Shown: one piece after another, positions 62,526 through 64,000 of the stretch | Layout: each line of letters starts with the position of its first letter | How positions within the stretch are numbered: the first letter of the stretch is position 1 | Source: an uncultured cyanobacterium | Lineage (GTDB): Bacteria; Cyanobacteriota; Cyanobacteriia; Cyanobacteriales; Nostocaceae | NCBI GenBank assembly: GCA_963740315.1 | Contig: CAVUDP010000002.1 | Location: 1,984,001 to 2,048,000, forward strand | Reading direction: 5' to 3' | Length of the DNA stretch: 64,000 nt | The notes under the pieces: model-generated | Database searches by the model: none | What the model saw: the letters and a program-made list of their open reading frames with translations, nothing else | What the model was told of the DNA's origin: nothing | Made by a program: the position numbers and the translations under genes

Positions 62526-63401
62526 TTAATCTTCTGCTGACAAAATTTCCTTTGCTCGTAAGATATCCTGCTGATGTTGTTCGGTGACAGTAGGATATGC
62601 CAATTCAAGTTCTTTTAACTTAGAACAGATAATATCAGCTACCACCATGCGAGTAAACCATTTGTGGTCGGCAGGAATAATGTGCCAAGGTGCCCAAGAG
62701 GTGCTAGTGTGGCGAAAAGCATCTTCATAAGCATTCATGTAATCGTCCCAGAAAGCACGCTCTCGGACATCACTTGATGAGAGTTTCCAATTTTTTTCTG
62801 GTGTTTCTATACGTTTCATAAAGCGTTCTTTCTGTTCAAGTTTTGACACATTCAGAAAAAACTTGAGAACAACAATTCCATTCTCCACCAAATATTTCTC
62901 AAAATTATTTATCTGTTCAAAACGTTGCTCCCATATATTATTTTTCTTTATATATTCGGGTAATTGTCGTTTTGCAAGTAACTCCGGATGCACGCGCAGC
63001 ACCAAAACTTCTTCATAATAAGAACGATTAAAAATACCGATTCTTCCTCTTTCTGGTAAAGATTTTGCACACCGCCATAAATAATCATGATCTAATTCTT
63101 CAGAGGAAGGTTGTTTAAAACTAAATACCTGACAACCTTGAGGATTTATACCAGACATCACGTGTTTAATCGTACTATCTTTACCAGCAGCATCCATTGC
63201 TTGAAAGATAATTAGCAGCGCGTGAGTATTTTGAGCGTAAAGAATATTTTGGTATTCCGCCAATCGTTCAATATCCTTGTGCAATTTTACCTTTGCACTA
63301 TCTTTTTGATGATATTCACCCGTAAAATCTGGATCGTAATCTTTTCTAAGAGAAATTTTAGAACCAGGTTGAACAATAAAAGCATCATGATTCATAATCA
63401 A
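62526..63401 (-). CDS. ppk2: Polyphosphate kinase 2 family protein (class III-like)
   Basis: QAMDAAGKD, FNRSYYEEV, PWHIIPADHKW. Confidence 0.93.
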   Translation of the reverse strand: MIMNHDAFIVQPGSKISLRKDYDPDFTGEYHQKDSAKVKLHKDIERLAEYQNILYAQNTHALLIIFQAMDAAGKDSTIKHVMSGINPQGCQVFSFKQPSSEELDHDYLWRCAKSLPERGRIGIFNRSYYEEVLVLRVHPELLAKRQLPEYIKKNNIWEQRFEQINNFEKYLVENGIVVLKFFLNVSKLEQKERFMKRIETPEKNWKLSSSDVRERAFWDDYMNAYEDAFRHTSTSWAPWHIIPADHKWFTRMVVADIICSKLKELELAYPTVTEQHQQDILRAKEILSAED

Positions 63402-63637
63402 CTTACCGTAAAAGCATCTAAACTTCTAGATTAATGAGTATTATTCCCTAATTATCAATCAAGTAAAATAAAGCAACAAAACTTTTTATTTAGCAAATAG
63501 GGTATTTGAAGAGGGGGGAGAGGGGGAAGAGGGGGAGAGGGGGAAGAGGGGGAAGAGGGGGGAGATGGGGAGACAAGGGGAATTTTAACCTTTAACCTTT
63601 AACCTTTAACCTTTAACTTTTAACTTTTAACCTTTAT

Positions 63638-64000
63638 TTACCAGTCATCATCTAAGTTTTGCTTATTAATTGGACGCATTGCTTCTCTACCCAAGAGAAA
63701 CATTCCGGCAACGCCTAAAGAAACGAACCAAATATACTCACTCCAAAATGTTCCAATTTGTTGAGTTGGAGTCATTTCTGGATGTAGCGTAGTTAAAAAA
63801 AGTGCCAAAACAAGTATCATTAACGAACTGAATCCGACAAAGCTTAAACCAATCCGAATCCGAAAAGGACGCAATTCCCAATCGTTAATTTGATTTAGGT
63901 CTATTTGTGCTAATTCTTCTAAAGAATCTTCAGCAATATAAGAAGCATCTTCTAGATTTTCACTTAATTTCGGCGGTAAAATTGGTACTAATGCTTCAAC
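63638..64000 (-). CDS. Hypothetical membrane protein (3' part; starts beyond the window)
   Basis: Frame is open from 64000 (VEALVPILPPK...) through the listed 63638-63874 ORF; two TM helices. Confidence 0.72.
   Translation of the reverse strand, partial: VEALVPILPPKLSENLEDASYIAEDSLEELAQIDLNQINDWELRPFRIRIGLSFVGFSSLMILVLALFLTTLHPEMTPTQQIGTFWSEYIWFVSLGVAGMFLLGREAMRPINKQNLDDDW

Overview
AT-rich chromosomal segment of a filamentous, probably heterocyst-forming cyanobacterium (Nostocales-like). This is inferred from abundant HIP1 (GCGATCGC) sites, many 7-8 bp STRR tracts, a helical carotenoid protein, psb32, and an RNase P RNA gene with an STRR insertion. Core content: ureE/F/G, a Na+/solute symporter, a general-stress cluster (cupin, Zn-dehydrogenase, SRPBCC, PfpI-ferritin fusion, DUF2267), surE, galE, several histidine kinases, a DUF4129-DUF4350-MoxR-DUF58 operon, CIRCE-controlled groEL, an Omp85 paralog, corA (frameshifted), rnpB-rnc, psb32 (frameshifted) and ppk2. 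The most unusual part is 3.5-5.4 kb. It holds an IS5 remnant split by a TA-flanked nested MITE, a second inverted copy of that MITE, and a 166-bp protein-less IS200/IS605 derivative. That derivative keeps TTAC/TCAA boundaries, both terminal hairpins, an extended -10 promoter and an omega-RNA-like right end that abuts the 5' UTR of a fasciclin gene. Other candidates are a three-gene secreted/outer-membrane module, a stand-alone papain-fold toxin with a putative immunity gene, and a putative metal-acquisition trio. Family assignments come from motif recognition only; no database searches were run. I saw no CRISPR array, tRNA or rRNA.
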